A DNA stretch of 64,000 bases. Origin: an uncultured Planctomycetia bacterium (GTDB lineage Bacteria; Omnitrophota; Gorgyraeia; Tantalellales; Tantalellaceae). This document shows positions 29,964 through 40,608 of this stretch, piece by piece. The stretch lies in NCBI GenBank assembly GCA_964527765.1, contig CAZGQR010000003.1, positions 75,366 through 139,365 on the forward strand, in the 5' to 3' direction. Each line of letters opens with the position of its first letter. The first letter of the stretch is position 1. Under the pieces are notes generated by a model that searched no databases, was not told the DNA's origin, and saw only the letters and a program-made list of their open reading frames with translations. Made by a program: the position numbers and the translations under genes.

Positions 29964-30962
29964 ATGAGCACGAAAAATACCGTAAAATGGACAAAGAAAC
30001 ATCTTCTGGGGATCGAAGACCTTTCCGCGGAAGAAATACAGCTTATACTTGATCATGCCGTGGGGTTCAAGGAAGTGCTGGAGAGGCCCATACCAAAAGT
30101 CCCCACCTTGAGAGGCAAGACCATCGTTAATATGTTCTGTGAGCCCTCCACAAGGACGCGCTCTTCGTTCGAGCTTGCGGCCAAGAGATTGAGCGCGGAC
30201 ACGCTGAATCTTGCGACGGCATCTTCCAGCTTCCTTAAAGGAGAAACCCTGAAAGATACGGCCAGGAACATCGAGGCGATGAAAGTGGACATGATCGTCA
30301 TGCGCCACGCGTGCCCCGGAGCGCCCCATTTTCTTTCCGGCTGTGTAGGGGCATCGGTGATCAACGCCGGGGACGGAGCCCACGAGCACCCCACCCAGGC
30401 CCTGCTTGACGTGTTCACGATCAGGGAAAAGCTGGGGAAGGTAAAGGGCCTTAAGGTCAGCATAATAGGGGATATTGCCCATTCGAGGGTCGCCCGGAGC
30501 AATATCTGGGCATTAACAAAATTGGGAGCAAAGGTTACGGTGTGCGGTCCCAAGACTTTGATCCCGGTCGAGATAGAAAAAATGGGGGTCAGAGCCACGT
30601 ATGACGTAAAAGAAGCGCTGAGTGGGGCGGATGTCCTGAACATGTTAAGGATACAGCTCGAAAGGCAGAAAAGGCCCCTTTTCCCCAGCATACGGGAGTA
30701 TGTAAGGGAGTTCGGCATAAACTCCCGCCTTTTAGAGAAACACGCTAAAAAAGAGGTGATGATAATGCATCCGGGGCCGATAAATAGAGGCGTTGAGCTC
30801 AGCCAGGATGTTGCGGACGGAGAGTATTCCGTTATACTCAACCAGGTAACGAACGGTGTTGCAGTAAGAATGGCGGTGTTATTTCTGCTGGGACACGTTA
30901 AAAAGGAACAAGTGGGGGAACAGCACAAGAAAATGATGAAAAACAAGCTGACAATCCCATAA
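29964..30962 (+). CDS. pyrB: aspartate carbamoyltransferase catalytic subunit
   Basis: STRTR motif ([11 protein letters not shown]), HPTQ; 332 aa. Confidence 0.9.
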   Translation: MSTKNTVKWTKKHLLGIEDLSAEEIQLILDHAVGFKEVLERPIPKVPTLRGKTIVNMFCEPSTRTRSSFELAAKRLSADTLNLATASSSFLKGETLKDTARNIEAMKVDMIVMRHACPGAPHFLSGCVGASVINAGDGAHEHPTQALLDVFTIREKLGKVKGLKVSIIGDIAHSRVARSNIWALTKLGAKVTVCGPKTLIPVEIEKMGVRATYDVKEALSGADVLNMLRIQLERQKRPLFPSIREYVREFGINSRLLEKHAKKEVMIMHPGPINRGVELSQDVADGEYSVILNQVTNGVAVRMAVLFLLGHVKKEQVGEQHKKMMKNKLTIP

Positions 30963-30996
30963 ATATGCTTAAATAAAGGTCAAAAGTGGAGCAAAT

Positions 30997-32280
30997 ATGA
31001 AAATTTTGATAAAAAACGGAAGGATCATAGACCCGTCTCAAGGAATTGATAAGACAGGGGACATATTGGTCGAGAACGGGAAGATCGCACAGGCCGGCGG
31101 GTCCATAAAGGACAAAAACGCTAAAACGATTTTAGCCAAAGACAAGATCGTAGCTCCCGGTTTTGTGGACATGCATACCCATTTGAGGGAGCCCGGCCGG
31201 GAGGAAGTCGAGACGATAGAAACGGCCCTGAGCGCGGCGGTCAGCGGCGGTTTTACGACGGTCAGCGCCATGCCGAATACGGAACCCCCCTGCGACAGCC
31301 AGGCCCATGTGAAGTTTCTGCTTGAGAGGGCGGCTGAGGTCAAGCTGGCAAATATATTACCGGTAGGGACGATCACCAAGAACAGGGAAGGCCTCGAGAT
31401 GTCCGAGATGGGGGAATTAAGACAGGCAGGATGCCTTGCGGTTTCGGATGACGGGGATCCCGTGGCCGATCCGGGGCTTATGAGGATAGCCATGGAATAT
31501 GCGTCCATGGTCGATCTCCTCGTGATATCCCACTGCGAGGATAAGGCCCTTTCTGCCGAAGGCGTCATGCACGAGGGATACTGGTCAACGGTCCTTGGGC
31601 TGAAGCCCATACCGGCAGAGGCGGAGAGCACGATAGTCGAACGCGATATCCGTCTTGCGGGATTGGCCGGGGCCAGGCTGCACATCGCCCATGTCTCCAC
31701 GGCCGAGAGCGTGGAAATCATAAAAAACGCCAAGAAAGAAGGCGTGAAGGTAACCGCGGAAGTTACGCCGCATCATTTCACGCTCAGCGATGAAGCCCTT
31801 AAGACATTCGATACCAACATGAAGGTTTCGCCTCCGCTGCGGTCCGCAAAAGACGTACAGGCCTTAAAGGAGGGGATCAGAGACGGAACGATCGATGTCA
31901 TAGCCACGGATCATGCCCCGCACCTGGCGAACGAGAAAGAAAAGGAATTCGACTACGCGCCTTTCGGGATGATCGGCCTGGAAACGGCGCTCCCGCTGGC
32001 GGTCATGAAACTCGTTGATGAAGGATATCTGGATTGGCCCGGGCTTATCCGGAAACTGTCAACAAGGCCTTCGGAAATATTGAAATACAACAGGGGCTCG
32101 CTGGAAAAGGGAGCCCCTGCCGATATCGTGATAATCGACCCGGCCAAAGAATGGATTTATACCAGGGACAGGATCAGGTCGCGCTCGAGTAATTCTCCGT
32201 TCATCGGCTGGAGGATGAAGTCAGCGGTGACAGATGTCATTGTCGGGGGAAAGATCGTCCTGAAGACGGCGGGAATGTAG
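30997..32280 (+). CDS. pyrC: dihydroorotase
   Basis: DMHTHLREPG metal-binding motif; 427 aa. Confidence 0.9.
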   Translation: MKILIKNGRIIDPSQGIDKTGDILVENGKIAQAGGSIKDKNAKTILAKDKIVAPGFVDMHTHLREPGREEVETIETALSAAVSGGFTTVSAMPNTEPPCDSQAHVKFLLERAAEVKLANILPVGTITKNREGLEMSEMGELRQAGCLAVSDDGDPVADPGLMRIAMEYASMVDLLVISHCEDKALSAEGVMHEGYWSTVLGLKPIPAEAESTIVERDIRLAGLAGARLHIAHVSTAESVEIIKNAKKEGVKVTAEVTPHHFTLSDEALKTFDTNMKVSPPLRSAKDVQALKEGIRDGTIDVIATDHAPHLANEKEKEFDYAPFGMIGLETALPLAVMKLVDEGYLDWPGLIRKLSTRPSEILKYNRGSLEKGAPADIVIIDPAKEWIYTRDRIRSRSSNSPFIGWRMKSAVTDVIVGGKIVLKTAGM

Positions 32281-32297
32281 TTTGGCTGCGGGCTGAC

Positions 32298-32765
32298 ATG
32301 CATAAAGAGAGATTCATAGTTACCAAGGAGCTCGGGAAGCTGGCAAAGTGGCTGCGGATACTGGGGTATGACAGCGTGTATTATGACGGGAAAGAGACCG
32401 CCGGGCTTGTGATACAGGCGCTGAGGGACAAGAGGGTCCTCATCACGCGCAGTTCCGCGCTGACAAAATATACGGGGGTGCAGGTAGTGGTCGTAAGATC
32501 TGACCATGTGGAAGAACAGCTGGAGCAGGTCACGCGCGAACTCGGCCTGCTGCTGGATGAAGAGCTCCTGTTCCAGCGGTGCGTCGAATGCAATGCCCCG
32601 CTGGAAGATATCAGCAAAAAAAAGGTCGAAGGAAAGGTGCCGGAATATGTATTTGAGACGCAGGAGCGCTTCAAGCGGTGCCCGCAGTGCGACAAAGTAT
32701 TCTGGAAAGGGACACATTGGGACATGGTGAAAAAATGGCTGGCAAAAAAGCGTCAAAAAAAGTAA
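32298..32765 (+). CDS. Mut7-C RNase domain (DUF82) protein with C-terminal zinc ribbon
   Basis: LGKLAKWLRILGYDSVYY matches the Mut7-C signature; CVEC...CPQC zinc-ribbon pairs; lies between pyrC and pyrK. Confidence 0.55.
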   Translation: MHKERFIVTKELGKLAKWLRILGYDSVYYDGKETAGLVIQALRDKRVLITRSSALTKYTGVQVVVVRSDHVEEQLEQVTRELGLLLDEELLFQRCVECNAPLEDISKKKVEGKVPEYVFETQERFKRCPQCDKVFWKGTHWDMVKKWLAKKRQKK

Positions 32766-33547
32766 TAAAAGCGAAAATATGCCTCAATAAAAGCATCGCC
32801 CCGGATTATTTTGTGATGCGGATCGAATCGGGATGGCTGGCCCGAAACTCTTCTCCCGGCCAGTTCGTCACGGTCAAGATCCAGGAAAATGTGAAGGACC
32901 CCCTGCTCAGGATCCCTCTTGGCGTGCACGCGATCCGCGGAAAGGGGATCGACCTGCTGTACAAAGTCGTCGGGCCCGGGACCCGCTGCTTGAGCTCAAG
33001 GAACAAGGGCGAGAAGATCGATGTGCTGGGGCCGTTGGGAAACGGATTCGATCTTGCCCCGCTTGCACGCGGGCAAGACCCCAGGGTTGTCGTGGTCGCA
33101 GGCGGGCACGGCATCGCGCCGCTTTATGCTCTGGCCGAAGCCATTACGACAAAACGGAAAAAAGTAGATTTTTTCAACGGCGTATATACCAGAAAAAATA
33201 TCGTCTGCTCAAAAGAACTTAAGAAGCTCGGCGCAAGAGTTCGTATAGCGACAGAAGACGGGACGCAGGGGCACAAGGGATACGTGACGGATCTTCTGGA
33301 GAAGAAACTTAAAGCCGGCGCGTATGACCCGAAGAACACGGTCATATATGCCTGCGGCCCCAGGCCGATGCTTGCCGCTCTTGCAAAAATAGCCGAACGT
33401 TTCGGGGTGCCTGCCCAGGTCTCGCTTGATGCATACATGGCTTGCGGGATCGGCGCCTGCCTCGGCTGCTCTGTCATGACGACAGACGGGTATCGGCTCG
33501 TGTGCAAGGACGGCCCCGTGTTTGACGCCCGGGAGATCGTATGGTAA
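32735..33547 (+). CDS. pyrK: dihydroorotate dehydrogenase electron-transfer subunit (FAD/NAD, 2Fe-2S)
   Basis: FAD-binding beta barrel; C-terminal CGIGACLGC cluster motif; start ATG 32735 chosen (MAGKKASKK...), overlapping the Mut7-C gene 3' end. Confidence 0.8.
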   Translation: MAGKKASKKVIKAKICLNKSIAPDYFVMRIESGWLARNSSPGQFVTVKIQENVKDPLLRIPLGVHAIRGKGIDLLYKVVGPGTRCLSSRNKGEKIDVLGPLGNGFDLAPLARGQDPRVVVVAGGHGIAPLYALAEAITTKRKKVDFFNGVYTRKNIVCSKELKKLGARVRIATEDGTQGHKGYVTDLLEKKLKAGAYDPKNTVIYACGPRPMLAALAKIAERFGVPAQVSLDAYMACGIGACLGCSVMTTDGYRLVCKDGPVFDAREIVW

Positions 33548-33581
33548 AACATTATAACATAGGCGGGACAGGTCTGAAAAT

Positions 33582-34499
33582 ATGGACTTACAGGTAACAA
33601 TAGGGAAAATAAGGTTCAAGAACCCGATATGGGTGGCTTCGGGGACCTTTGGGTACGGAGAAGAGTTCCTGGATTTTGTTGACCTCGATAATATAGGCGC
33701 GATAGTCACAAAGACCCTGACGCCGGAGGCGCGGGAAGGCAACCCCCCGCCCAGGCTCGTGGAAACGCCCTCGGGGCTGCTTAACTCCATAGGGCTTGAG
33801 AATGAAGGCGTCGATCATTTTAAAGCGGAGCATTACCCATTCCTGAAAAAACTTAAGACAAGAATAATAGTAAGCATCGGGGGCCTGAGAAAAGAAGAAT
33901 TCGAAAGATGCGCGGAAAAACTTTCCGCGGAGGACCCTCCGGACGCTATTGAGATCAATCTTTCCTGTCCAAATGTCACCCATGCCGGGACGCGGCACGC
34001 CTATATATCCCAGGATCCCCGCGCAACGGAGAGAATAGTTTCAGCCTGCCGGAGGAAGGCCGGGTGCGCCGTCATAGCAAAACTTACGCCGGATGTAACG
34101 GATATCGCTGTCATAGCCGGGGCGGCAGAGGCCGGCGGCGCCGATGCCGTGTCCTTGATCAATACCTGCCCGGGGATAGCGGTGGATGCGGAAGAAATGA
34201 AGCCGGTACTCGGCAACATTGTCGGGGGCCTGAGCGGGCCGGCGATAAAGCCGATCGCCCTGAAAGCGGTCCGGGATGTGTACGGGAAGGTAAAGATCCC
34301 GGTGATAGGAATAGGCGGCGTGATGACGGGTATTGACGTTGCAGAGTTCATGTTGTGCGGTGCCTGTGCGGTACAGGTGGGAACGGCGAACCTTGCGGAC
34401 CCCGTCGCGTATGACAGGATCCTTGGAGAGTTCGAGACATATCTGAGACAAAAGAAAATAGAGAAAGCAAGCTCGCTGGTGGGCAGACTCAAAACTTAG
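33582..34499 (+). CDS. pyrD: dihydroorotate dehydrogenase 1B catalytic subunit
   Basis: NPIWVASGTFGYG; IEINLSCPN motif; 305 aa. Confidence 0.9.
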   Translation: MDLQVTIGKIRFKNPIWVASGTFGYGEEFLDFVDLDNIGAIVTKTLTPEAREGNPPPRLVETPSGLLNSIGLENEGVDHFKAEHYPFLKKLKTRIIVSIGGLRKEEFERCAEKLSAEDPPDAIEINLSCPNVTHAGTRHAYISQDPRATERIVSACRRKAGCAVIAKLTPDVTDIAVIAGAAEAGGADAVSLINTCPGIAVDAEEMKPVLGNIVGGLSGPAIKPIALKAVRDVYGKVKIPVIGIGGVMTGIDVAEFMLCGACAVQVGTANLADPVAYDRILGEFETYLRQKKIEKASSLVGRLKT

Positions 34500-34526
34500 A
34501 ATCTTTGACTTGCAGGCGGGAGGAAT

Positions 34527-35228
34527 ATGGCGGCGAAAGAAAAACTAATAGTGGCATTGGACGCGGAAAGCCCGGGCCAGGCCCTCAAGCTTATAGACAT
34601 TCTCTCCGATGAGGTCGAGATCTTCAAGGTAGGGATCGCACCGTTTACCGGGTTTGGGCAGAAAGTGCTGGAAAAGCTGCATTCGGCCGGGAAGAAAGTT
34701 TTTCTGGACCTTAAGTTCCATGATATCCCAAATACGGTCGCCGGCGCGGCGCGGGCCGCCGCGGAGAAAGGCGTGTTCATGATGAATTTTCACTGTCTTG
34801 GAGGCCGCAGCATGCTGGAAGCGGCGGCGAAAGGCGCAAGGGAAGCGAAAAGCGGGGGAAAGCCGATCCTGCTGGGCGTCACGATACTCACCAGCATGAA
34901 CAATGAGGATATGCGCTCCATAGGGATCGCGGGAGATCTGCAGGAGAAAGTGATCGAACTCGCCCGGCTTGCCGCTGACAGCGGGCTTGACGGCGTGGTA
35001 GCTTCGGCGAAGGAAGCTCGCGCCATCAAGGAGAAAATAGGAAAAGATTTTCTGGTCGTGACCCCGGGGGTCCGCCCGGAGTGGGCCGCCCGGGGCGATC
35101 AAAAAAGGATACTGACCCCGAAACAGGCGATGTCCGAAGGGGCGGACTATATCGTTGTCGGCAGGCCGATAATCCAGGCGGAGGATCCGGCTGCCGCGGC
35201 GAAAAAAATAATAGAGGAAATGGGTTAA
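34527..35228 (+). CDS. pyrF: orotidine 5'-phosphate decarboxylase
   Basis: LIVALD...KVG...FLDLKFHDIPNT catalytic motifs. Confidence 0.85.
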   Translation: MAAKEKLIVALDAESPGQALKLIDILSDEVEIFKVGIAPFTGFGQKVLEKLHSAGKKVFLDLKFHDIPNTVAGAARAAAEKGVFMMNFHCLGGRSMLEAAAKGAREAKSGGKPILLGVTILTSMNNEDMRSIGIAGDLQEKVIELARLAADSGLDGVVASAKEARAIKEKIGKDFLVVTPGVRPEWAARGDQKRILTPKQAMSEGADYIVVGRPIIQAEDPAAAAKKIIEEMG

Positions 35229-35265
35229 GGTATTAGTAAGGTCGCTTGTTAAAGGAGACGCGATT

Positions 35266-35841
35266 ATGCAAGAGATGGAAATAATGGATATTTTTACCAA
35301 GACGGGAGCTTACCAGCAGGGGCACTTTTTGCTGTCCAGCGGGTTACATTCGGGAGCGTATCTGCAATGCGCGCTGGTCCTGCAGGACCCGATCCTTGCT
35401 GCGAGACTATGCGGCGTCCTGGCGGCAAAATTCCGGACGGATGAACCCGATATCGTGATCGGACCGGCCATGGGCGGCATAGTCCTGGCCTATGAACTGG
35501 CCAGGAACTTGAATGCCCGGGCGATCTTTGCGGAAAGGGACAAAGAGGGGAAGATGGCGCTTCGCAGAGGGTTCAGGATCGTGCCGGGAAGCAAAGTGCT
35601 GGTCGCTGAAGACGTGCTTACGACCGGAGGCTCGGTCAAAGAGGTAGTATCCCTTATAGAGAAAGACGGCATAGCCCCGATAGGAATAGCATGCCTGGTG
35701 GACAGGAGCGCGAAGAAAATCGATTTTGGTGGAATAAAGCACGAAAGCCTGATAAAATTGGATATTCCCACTTTCACCAAAGAAACATGCCCTCTTTGCC
35801 AGGAAGGCATACCTGTCGTGAAGCCGGGATCCAGGGGCTGA
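35266..35841 (+). CDS. pyrE: orotate phosphoribosyltransferase
   Basis: PRPP-binding VLVAEDVLTTGGS; 191 aa. Confidence 0.85.
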   Translation: MQEMEIMDIFTKTGAYQQGHFLLSSGLHSGAYLQCALVLQDPILAARLCGVLAAKFRTDEPDIVIGPAMGGIVLAYELARNLNARAIFAERDKEGKMALRRGFRIVPGSKVLVAEDVLTTGGSVKEVVSLIEKDGIAPIGIACLVDRSAKKIDFGGIKHESLIKLDIPTFTKETCPLCQEGIPVVKPGSRG

Positions 35842-35856
35842 CAAAAGGAGAAGATC

Positions 35857-36474
35857 ATGGAAATGGAACTGAAAAGCATAATCGAAAAAATAAAAGAGGA
35901 AGGCGTCGAGGAAGGGCAGAAAAAAGCCACCGATATAATCGGCCAGGCCGAAAATAAGGCCAAGGAAACCATAGAAGCGGCCGAAAAGGAAAAGGAAGAT
36001 ACAGTAAAGAATGCCGCAAAAGAGGCCGAGAGGCTGCGGAAGAACGGGGAAGAAGCCTTGCGCCAGGCCTCGCGCGATGTTTTGCTTGGGCTGAAAGAAG
36101 AGATCACCGCGCTTTTTGACAGCGTGATAAAAGAGGAGGTGGCGAAGCAGCTCTCGCCGGAGGTTCTTAAAGATATGATAATTACCCTTGTGCAGAAGTT
36201 CAAAAGGGACGAAGAACCTGATATAGAGATCCTGCTGAGCGACAAGGATAAAAAAGCCCTGGAAAAGGTCCTTTTGGCCAGGTTCAAGGAAAAGATGGCA
36301 AAAGGCGTGACCTTAAAGGCGTCTCCCAAAGTGGAAAAGGGATTCCTGATGGGAGGCAAAGGAAAAGGGGCTTATTACGACTTCACGGACGAAGCGATAG
36401 CAGAAGTGTTTAAAGCGTTTCTGAACCCCAAAATAGCGGATCTCTTAAATCCCGGAAAAAAAGATGTCAAATAA
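35857..36474 (+). CDS. atpE: V-type ATPase subunit E
   Basis: Lys/Glu-rich coiled-coil N-terminus typical of V/A-ATPase stator subunit E; first gene of the V-ATPase operon. Confidence 0.55.
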   Translation: MEMELKSIIEKIKEEGVEEGQKKATDIIGQAENKAKETIEAAEKEKEDTVKNAAKEAERLRKNGEEALRQASRDVLLGLKEEITALFDSVIKEEVAKQLSPEVLKDMIITLVQKFKRDEEPDIEILLSDKDKKALEKVLLARFKEKMAKGVTLKASPKVEKGFLMGGKGKGAYYDFTDEAIAEVFKAFLNPKIADLLNPGKKDVK

Positions 36475-36967
36475 GTATTATTATCTTGGGGCGTCGCTCC
36501 CGTACGTCAGTTTCGGGGACGACCCTCCTTTCAGCAGGGAAGGGTTTATCGCGGAATGCGAAAAGTGGCTCTCGCCGGCCGACATGCAAGCGCTGCTCTC
36601 GGCGGACCTGCACTGCCGGGAGGAAAAATGCGAGGGCATTCCGCTCTTAAGAAGATGGAAGAGCTTTGACGCGGCCTTGAAGGCGGAGCTGGCGCGTATC
36701 AGGGCGGCGGCAAAAAAGGGCGAAGGATACAAGACCTCCGACATACTTAAGAACATCATGGGCAAGGAGACCCCTCTTCTCATGGAACGGGCTTTGGAAA
36801 AACTCAGGTGGATATTCATCGAAGAATGCAGCAAACAATATTTTTACGATATAAACGCGCTGGCCTCCTATTTTTTAAAGGTGCAGATCCTTGAAAGGCT
36901 GGCAACATTCAACAAAGACGAAGGCGAAAAATTCTTTTACAGTTTGTGCGAGGTAAAATATGAGTAA
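36464..36967 (+). CDS. V-ATPase-operon hypothetical protein (DUF2764-like position between E and A subunits)
   Basis: 167 aa, no motif; position matches the unnamed ORF found in Chlamydia/Bacteroidetes V-ATPase operons. Confidence 0.4.
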   Translation: MSNKYYYLGASLPYVSFGDDPPFSREGFIAECEKWLSPADMQALLSADLHCREEKCEGIPLLRRWKSFDAALKAELARIRAAAKKGEGYKTSDILKNIMGKETPLLMERALEKLRWIFIEECSKQYFYDINALASYFLKVQILERLATFNKDEGEKFFYSLCEVKYE

Positions 36968-38690
36968 ACAGTTGGGCAGAATAGCGGGCATTAACGGGAA
37001 CATGATAACGGTGAAATTCCCGAGCGATATCATCCAGAACGAGGTCGCGTACGTGCTGAGCCGGGGGAAAAGGCTGAAGGCTGAAGTCGTGAAGATCAGA
37101 GGCAATGACGCGTTCCTCCAGGTGTTCGAATACACGAAAGGCATAAAGGTCGGGGACGAAGTCGAATTTTCGGGAAAGATGCTTTCGGTGCAGCTGGGGC
37201 CGGGGCTCCTGACCCAGATCTATGACGGATTACAGAACCCGCTTCCGGAACTTGCCGAAAAATTCGGTTTTTTCCTGCCGGTGGGAGAAGAGCTTAACGC
37301 TCTTTCGTCCGAGAAGGAATGGAAATTTACCCCGATCGCCAAAAAGGGAGACAAGGTCACGAGAGGCTGTTTTCTCGGGGAAGTGCCGGAGGGGATCTTC
37401 AAGCATAAGATAATGGTGCCTTTCGATCTGCGGGAAGAGTATACGGTCGAGAAAATGGCGCCCCCGGGGGATTATACGATAGACAAGAAAATCGCGGAGC
37501 TGAAGGACTCGAAAGGAAACGCGATCGACGTGACCATGACATTCGACTGGCCGGTAAAAATACCCGTAAGGGCGTATGAAGATAAGATACAGCCCAAAGG
37601 TTCCCTTATAACGAAGGTCAGGATCATCGATACGCTCTTTCCGGTTGCCAGGGGCGGGACATACTGCATCCCCGGGCCCTTCGGTGCGGGCAAGACCGTG
37701 CTTCAGCAGCTGACCAGCCGTTATGCGGACGTCGACATCGTTATCATAGCGGCCTGCGGGGAAAGAGCCGGTGAAGTAGTCGAAACATTGAAAAATTTCC
37801 CCAAGCTTACGGATCCGCGGACGGGCAGATCCCTGATGGAAAGGACCGTAATTATCTGCAACACCTCCTCGATGCCGGTAGCCGCGAGAGAATCTTCCGT
37901 ATATACCGCCTCCGCGCTGGGGGAATATTACCGGCAGATGGGGCTCAACGTGCTGCTTCTGGCCGATTCGACTTCACGCTGGGCTCAGGCGATGAGGGAG
38001 ATCTCCGGAAGGCTTGAGGAGATCCCCGGCGAGGAAGCATATCCGGCTTATCTGGAATCCCGCATAGCCAGTTTTTATGAAAGGGCCGGCCTGGTGAAGC
38101 TTCATAACGGGGGGCTGGGAAGTCTTACCATAGGGGGCACGGTAAGCCCGGCGGGGGGCAATTTTGAAGAGCCGGTCACGCAGGGGACCCTTAAGGTCGT
38201 GGGGGCCTTTCACGGCCTGTCCCGGGAAAGGGCCGAAGCAAGAAAATATCCTTCGGTCGATCCTCTCGCGAGCTGGAGCAAGTACAAAAGCATCATACCG
38301 CAGGATCAGATCGATACGGCAAGGGAAGTGCTGTTCAAGGGCGAGCAGGTCAGCCAGATGATGAAAGTCGTGGGAGAGGAAGGGACGTCCCTGGAAGACT
38401 TCGTCGTCTATCTCAAGAGCGAATTCCTTGATAACGTGTATCTCCAGCAGAACGGTTTTGACGAGGTAGATGCCTCCACATCGGCCGACCGGCAGAAATA
38501 CGTTTTTGCGAAAGTGATCGGGGTGCTGAGACGCGAGTTTCCGTTTAAGGACAAGGGGCAGGCAAGGGATTTCTTCTACAATCTGCGGCACAAGTTCATA
38601 GACTGGAATTATAAGCAGTGGGGATCCGACGAGTTTAAGGATCAGGAAAAGGAAATAAACGATTTACTGGAAGGTGAGAAACAGCCATGA
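36960..38690 (+). CDS. atpA: V-type ATPase catalytic subunit A
   Basis: Walker [10 protein letters not shown]; 576 aa including a non-homologous-region insertion. Confidence 0.9.
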   Translation: MSKQLGRIAGINGNMITVKFPSDIIQNEVAYVLSRGKRLKAEVVKIRGNDAFLQVFEYTKGIKVGDEVEFSGKMLSVQLGPGLLTQIYDGLQNPLPELAEKFGFFLPVGEELNALSSEKEWKFTPIAKKGDKVTRGCFLGEVPEGIFKHKIMVPFDLREEYTVEKMAPPGDYTIDKKIAELKDSKGNAIDVTMTFDWPVKIPVRAYEDKIQPKGSLITKVRIIDTLFPVARGGTYCIPGPFGAGKTVLQQLTSRYADVDIVIIAACGERAGEVVETLKNFPKLTDPRTGRSLMERTVIICNTSSMPVAARESSVYTASALGEYYRQMGLNVLLLADSTSRWAQAMREISGRLEEIPGEEAYPAYLESRIASFYERAGLVKLHNGGLGSLTIGGTVSPAGGNFEEPVTQGTLKVVGAFHGLSRERAEARKYPSVDPLASWSKYKSIIPQDQIDTAREVLFKGEQVSQMMKVVGEEGTSLEDFVVYLKSEFLDNVYLQQNGFDEVDASTSADRQKYVFAKVIGVLRREFPFKDKGQARDFFYNLRHKFIDWNYKQWGSDEFKDQEKEINDLLEGEKQP

Positions 38691-39979
38691 GGAAAGTTTG
38701 TACCAGGATATTGAATATCGCGGGAAACGTCGTGACCGTCAAAACGGACGGCGTGGCGAACGAAGAACTTGCGGACATTTCGACTTCAAGAGGAACCTCG
38801 TTCGCCCAGGTAATACGCCTTGACGGGGATATGGTCCATCTTCAGGTATTCGCCGGCGCGGGAGGCGTGTCCACGGGGGACGAGGTGCGGTTCCTCGGAC
38901 ACCCGATGCAGGTGGGGTTTTCCGACAATATGCTGGGGAGGATATTCAACGGAAGCGGCGAACCCAGGGATAACGGCCCGGCGATCACGGAAAACATGAT
39001 AGAGATAGCCGGCCCTGCCGCGAATCCGGCGAAGAGAATAATCCCCAAGAGAATGGTCAGGACAAATGTCCCGATGATAGACCTGTTCAATTCGCTGGTC
39101 GAATCCCAGAAGCTCCCGATATTTTCCGTTTCCGGCGAACCCTATAACGAGCTTCTGGCCAGGATAGCCCTTCAGGCCGAGGTGGATATCATCATCCTGG
39201 GGGGCATCGGGCTAAAGTATGACCAGTACATGTACTTTAAGGATACCCTTGAAGAGGGCGGGGCCTTAAGCAGGACGATATTTTTCATACATACGGCGGC
39301 AGACCCGACGGTCGAGGGGCTCATGATCCCGGACCTCGCCCTGGCGGTGGCCGAGAAGTTCGCTCTCGGGGGGAAAAGAGTCCTGGCGCTTCTTACGGAT
39401 ATGACGAATTTCGCCGATGCCTTGAAAGAAATAGCCATAACAATGGAACAAGTTCCCTCTAACAGGGGATATCCGGGCGATCTTTACAGCCAGCTTGCCT
39501 CGAGGTACGAAAAAGCGGTCGATTTTGAAGGAGCCGGGTCCATAACGATCCTGGCTGTCACCACCATGCCGGGGGACGATATCACCCATCCCATTCCCGA
39601 CAATACCGGTTATATCACCGAAGGACAATTTTATCTCAGGAACGGCAGGATAGAACCGTTCGGTTCCCTGAGCAGGCTCAAGCAGCAGGTCAACAAGGAT
39701 ACGCGGGAAGACCACAGGGCCGTCATGGACAACATGATACAGCTCTATGCGAAATACGGCGAAACGGAAGAGAAAAGGTCCATGGGGTTCAGGATGAGCG
39801 ATTGGGATAAAAAACTCCTGAAGTACGGCGATCTTTTTGAGAGCCAGATGATGGACCTGAAGGTGAACGTTCCCCTGGAAGAGGCGCTTGACAACGGCTG
39901 GAGGATCCTGGCGGAATGCTTTAAGCCCGAAGAAACCAATTTCCGGACGGAACTTATAGAGAAGTTCTGGCCGAAATAA
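38687..39979 (+). CDS. atpB: V-type ATPase subunit B
   Basis: 430 aa non-catalytic nucleotide-binding subunit; 4-bp overlap with atpA. Confidence 0.9.
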   Translation: MRKVCTRILNIAGNVVTVKTDGVANEELADISTSRGTSFAQVIRLDGDMVHLQVFAGAGGVSTGDEVRFLGHPMQVGFSDNMLGRIFNGSGEPRDNGPAITENMIEIAGPAANPAKRIIPKRMVRTNVPMIDLFNSLVESQKLPIFSVSGEPYNELLARIALQAEVDIIILGGIGLKYDQYMYFKDTLEEGGALSRTIFFIHTAADPTVEGLMIPDLALAVAEKFALGGKRVLALLTDMTNFADALKEIAITMEQVPSNRGYPGDLYSQLASRYEKAVDFEGAGSITILAVTTMPGDDITHPIPDNTGYITEGQFYLRNGRIEPFGSLSRLKQQVNKDTREDHRAVMDNMIQLYAKYGETEEKRSMGFRMSDWDKKLLKYGDLFESQMMDLKVNVPLEEALDNGWRILAECFKPEETNFRTELIEKFWPK

Positions 39980-39993
39980 GACCGGCAAACCAT

Positions 39994-40608
39994 ATGGCAA
40001 AGATAAGACTGACCAAGAATGAGCTGAAAAAACAGAAAGACGCGCTGAAAAGGTACCGGCAGTATCTTCCCACCCTGATCCTGAAAAAACAACAGTTGCA
40101 GATGGAGATACTCAAACTGCACCATGCCATGGAAGACATAAAAAAAGAGAAAGCGTATGTCAAGGCTCAGACATATGAGTGGGCGGATGTTTTTACCGAG
40201 AAAGTGGGCATAGAAAAATTGGTCAGCCTGAAAGAGATCGTGACTACCACGGGGAACATTGCCGGCATCGATATACCCGTCTTCGATAAAGTGATCTTCG
40301 ACGAAAAAGAGTACGACTTTATCACTATGCCGCTGTGGATCGATTATGGCATAGAAGCGCTGAAGCGGGTCATGACGCTGAACGCGAAAATGGAAGTTCT
40401 GGAAAAACAGGATGCCCTTGTAAGGGAAGAGCTGAGGATCACGACCCAGAGAGTGAACCTTTTTGAAAAAGTGATGATCCCCGAAGCGCGCGAGAACATA
40501 AGAAAGATACAGATATATCTGGGCGATCAGGACACGGCGGCCGTTGTGACGGGGAAGATCGCCAAGGAGAAGATACAGAAAAAAGCGCAGGTGCAGGTGG
40601 GCGCATGA
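39994..40608 (+). CDS. atpD: V-type ATPase subunit D (central stalk)
   Basis: MAKIRLTKNELKKQKDALKRYRQYLPTL coiled-coil start typical of subunit D. Confidence 0.7.
   Translation: MAKIRLTKNELKKQKDALKRYRQYLPTLILKKQQLQMEILKLHHAMEDIKKEKAYVKAQTYEWADVFTEKVGIEKLVSLKEIVTTTGNIAGIDIPVFDKVIFDEKEYDFITMPLWIDYGIEALKRVMTLNAKMEVLEKQDALVREELRITTQRVNLFEKVMIPEARENIRKIQIYLGDQDTAAVVTGKIAKEKIQKKAQVQVGA

Noticed and set aside
32678-32734. Track start of the pyrK ORF at 32678
   Set aside because: The first 19 codons are in the 3' end of the Mut7-C gene and have no RBS. MAGKKASKK at 32735 matches PyrK N-termini better.
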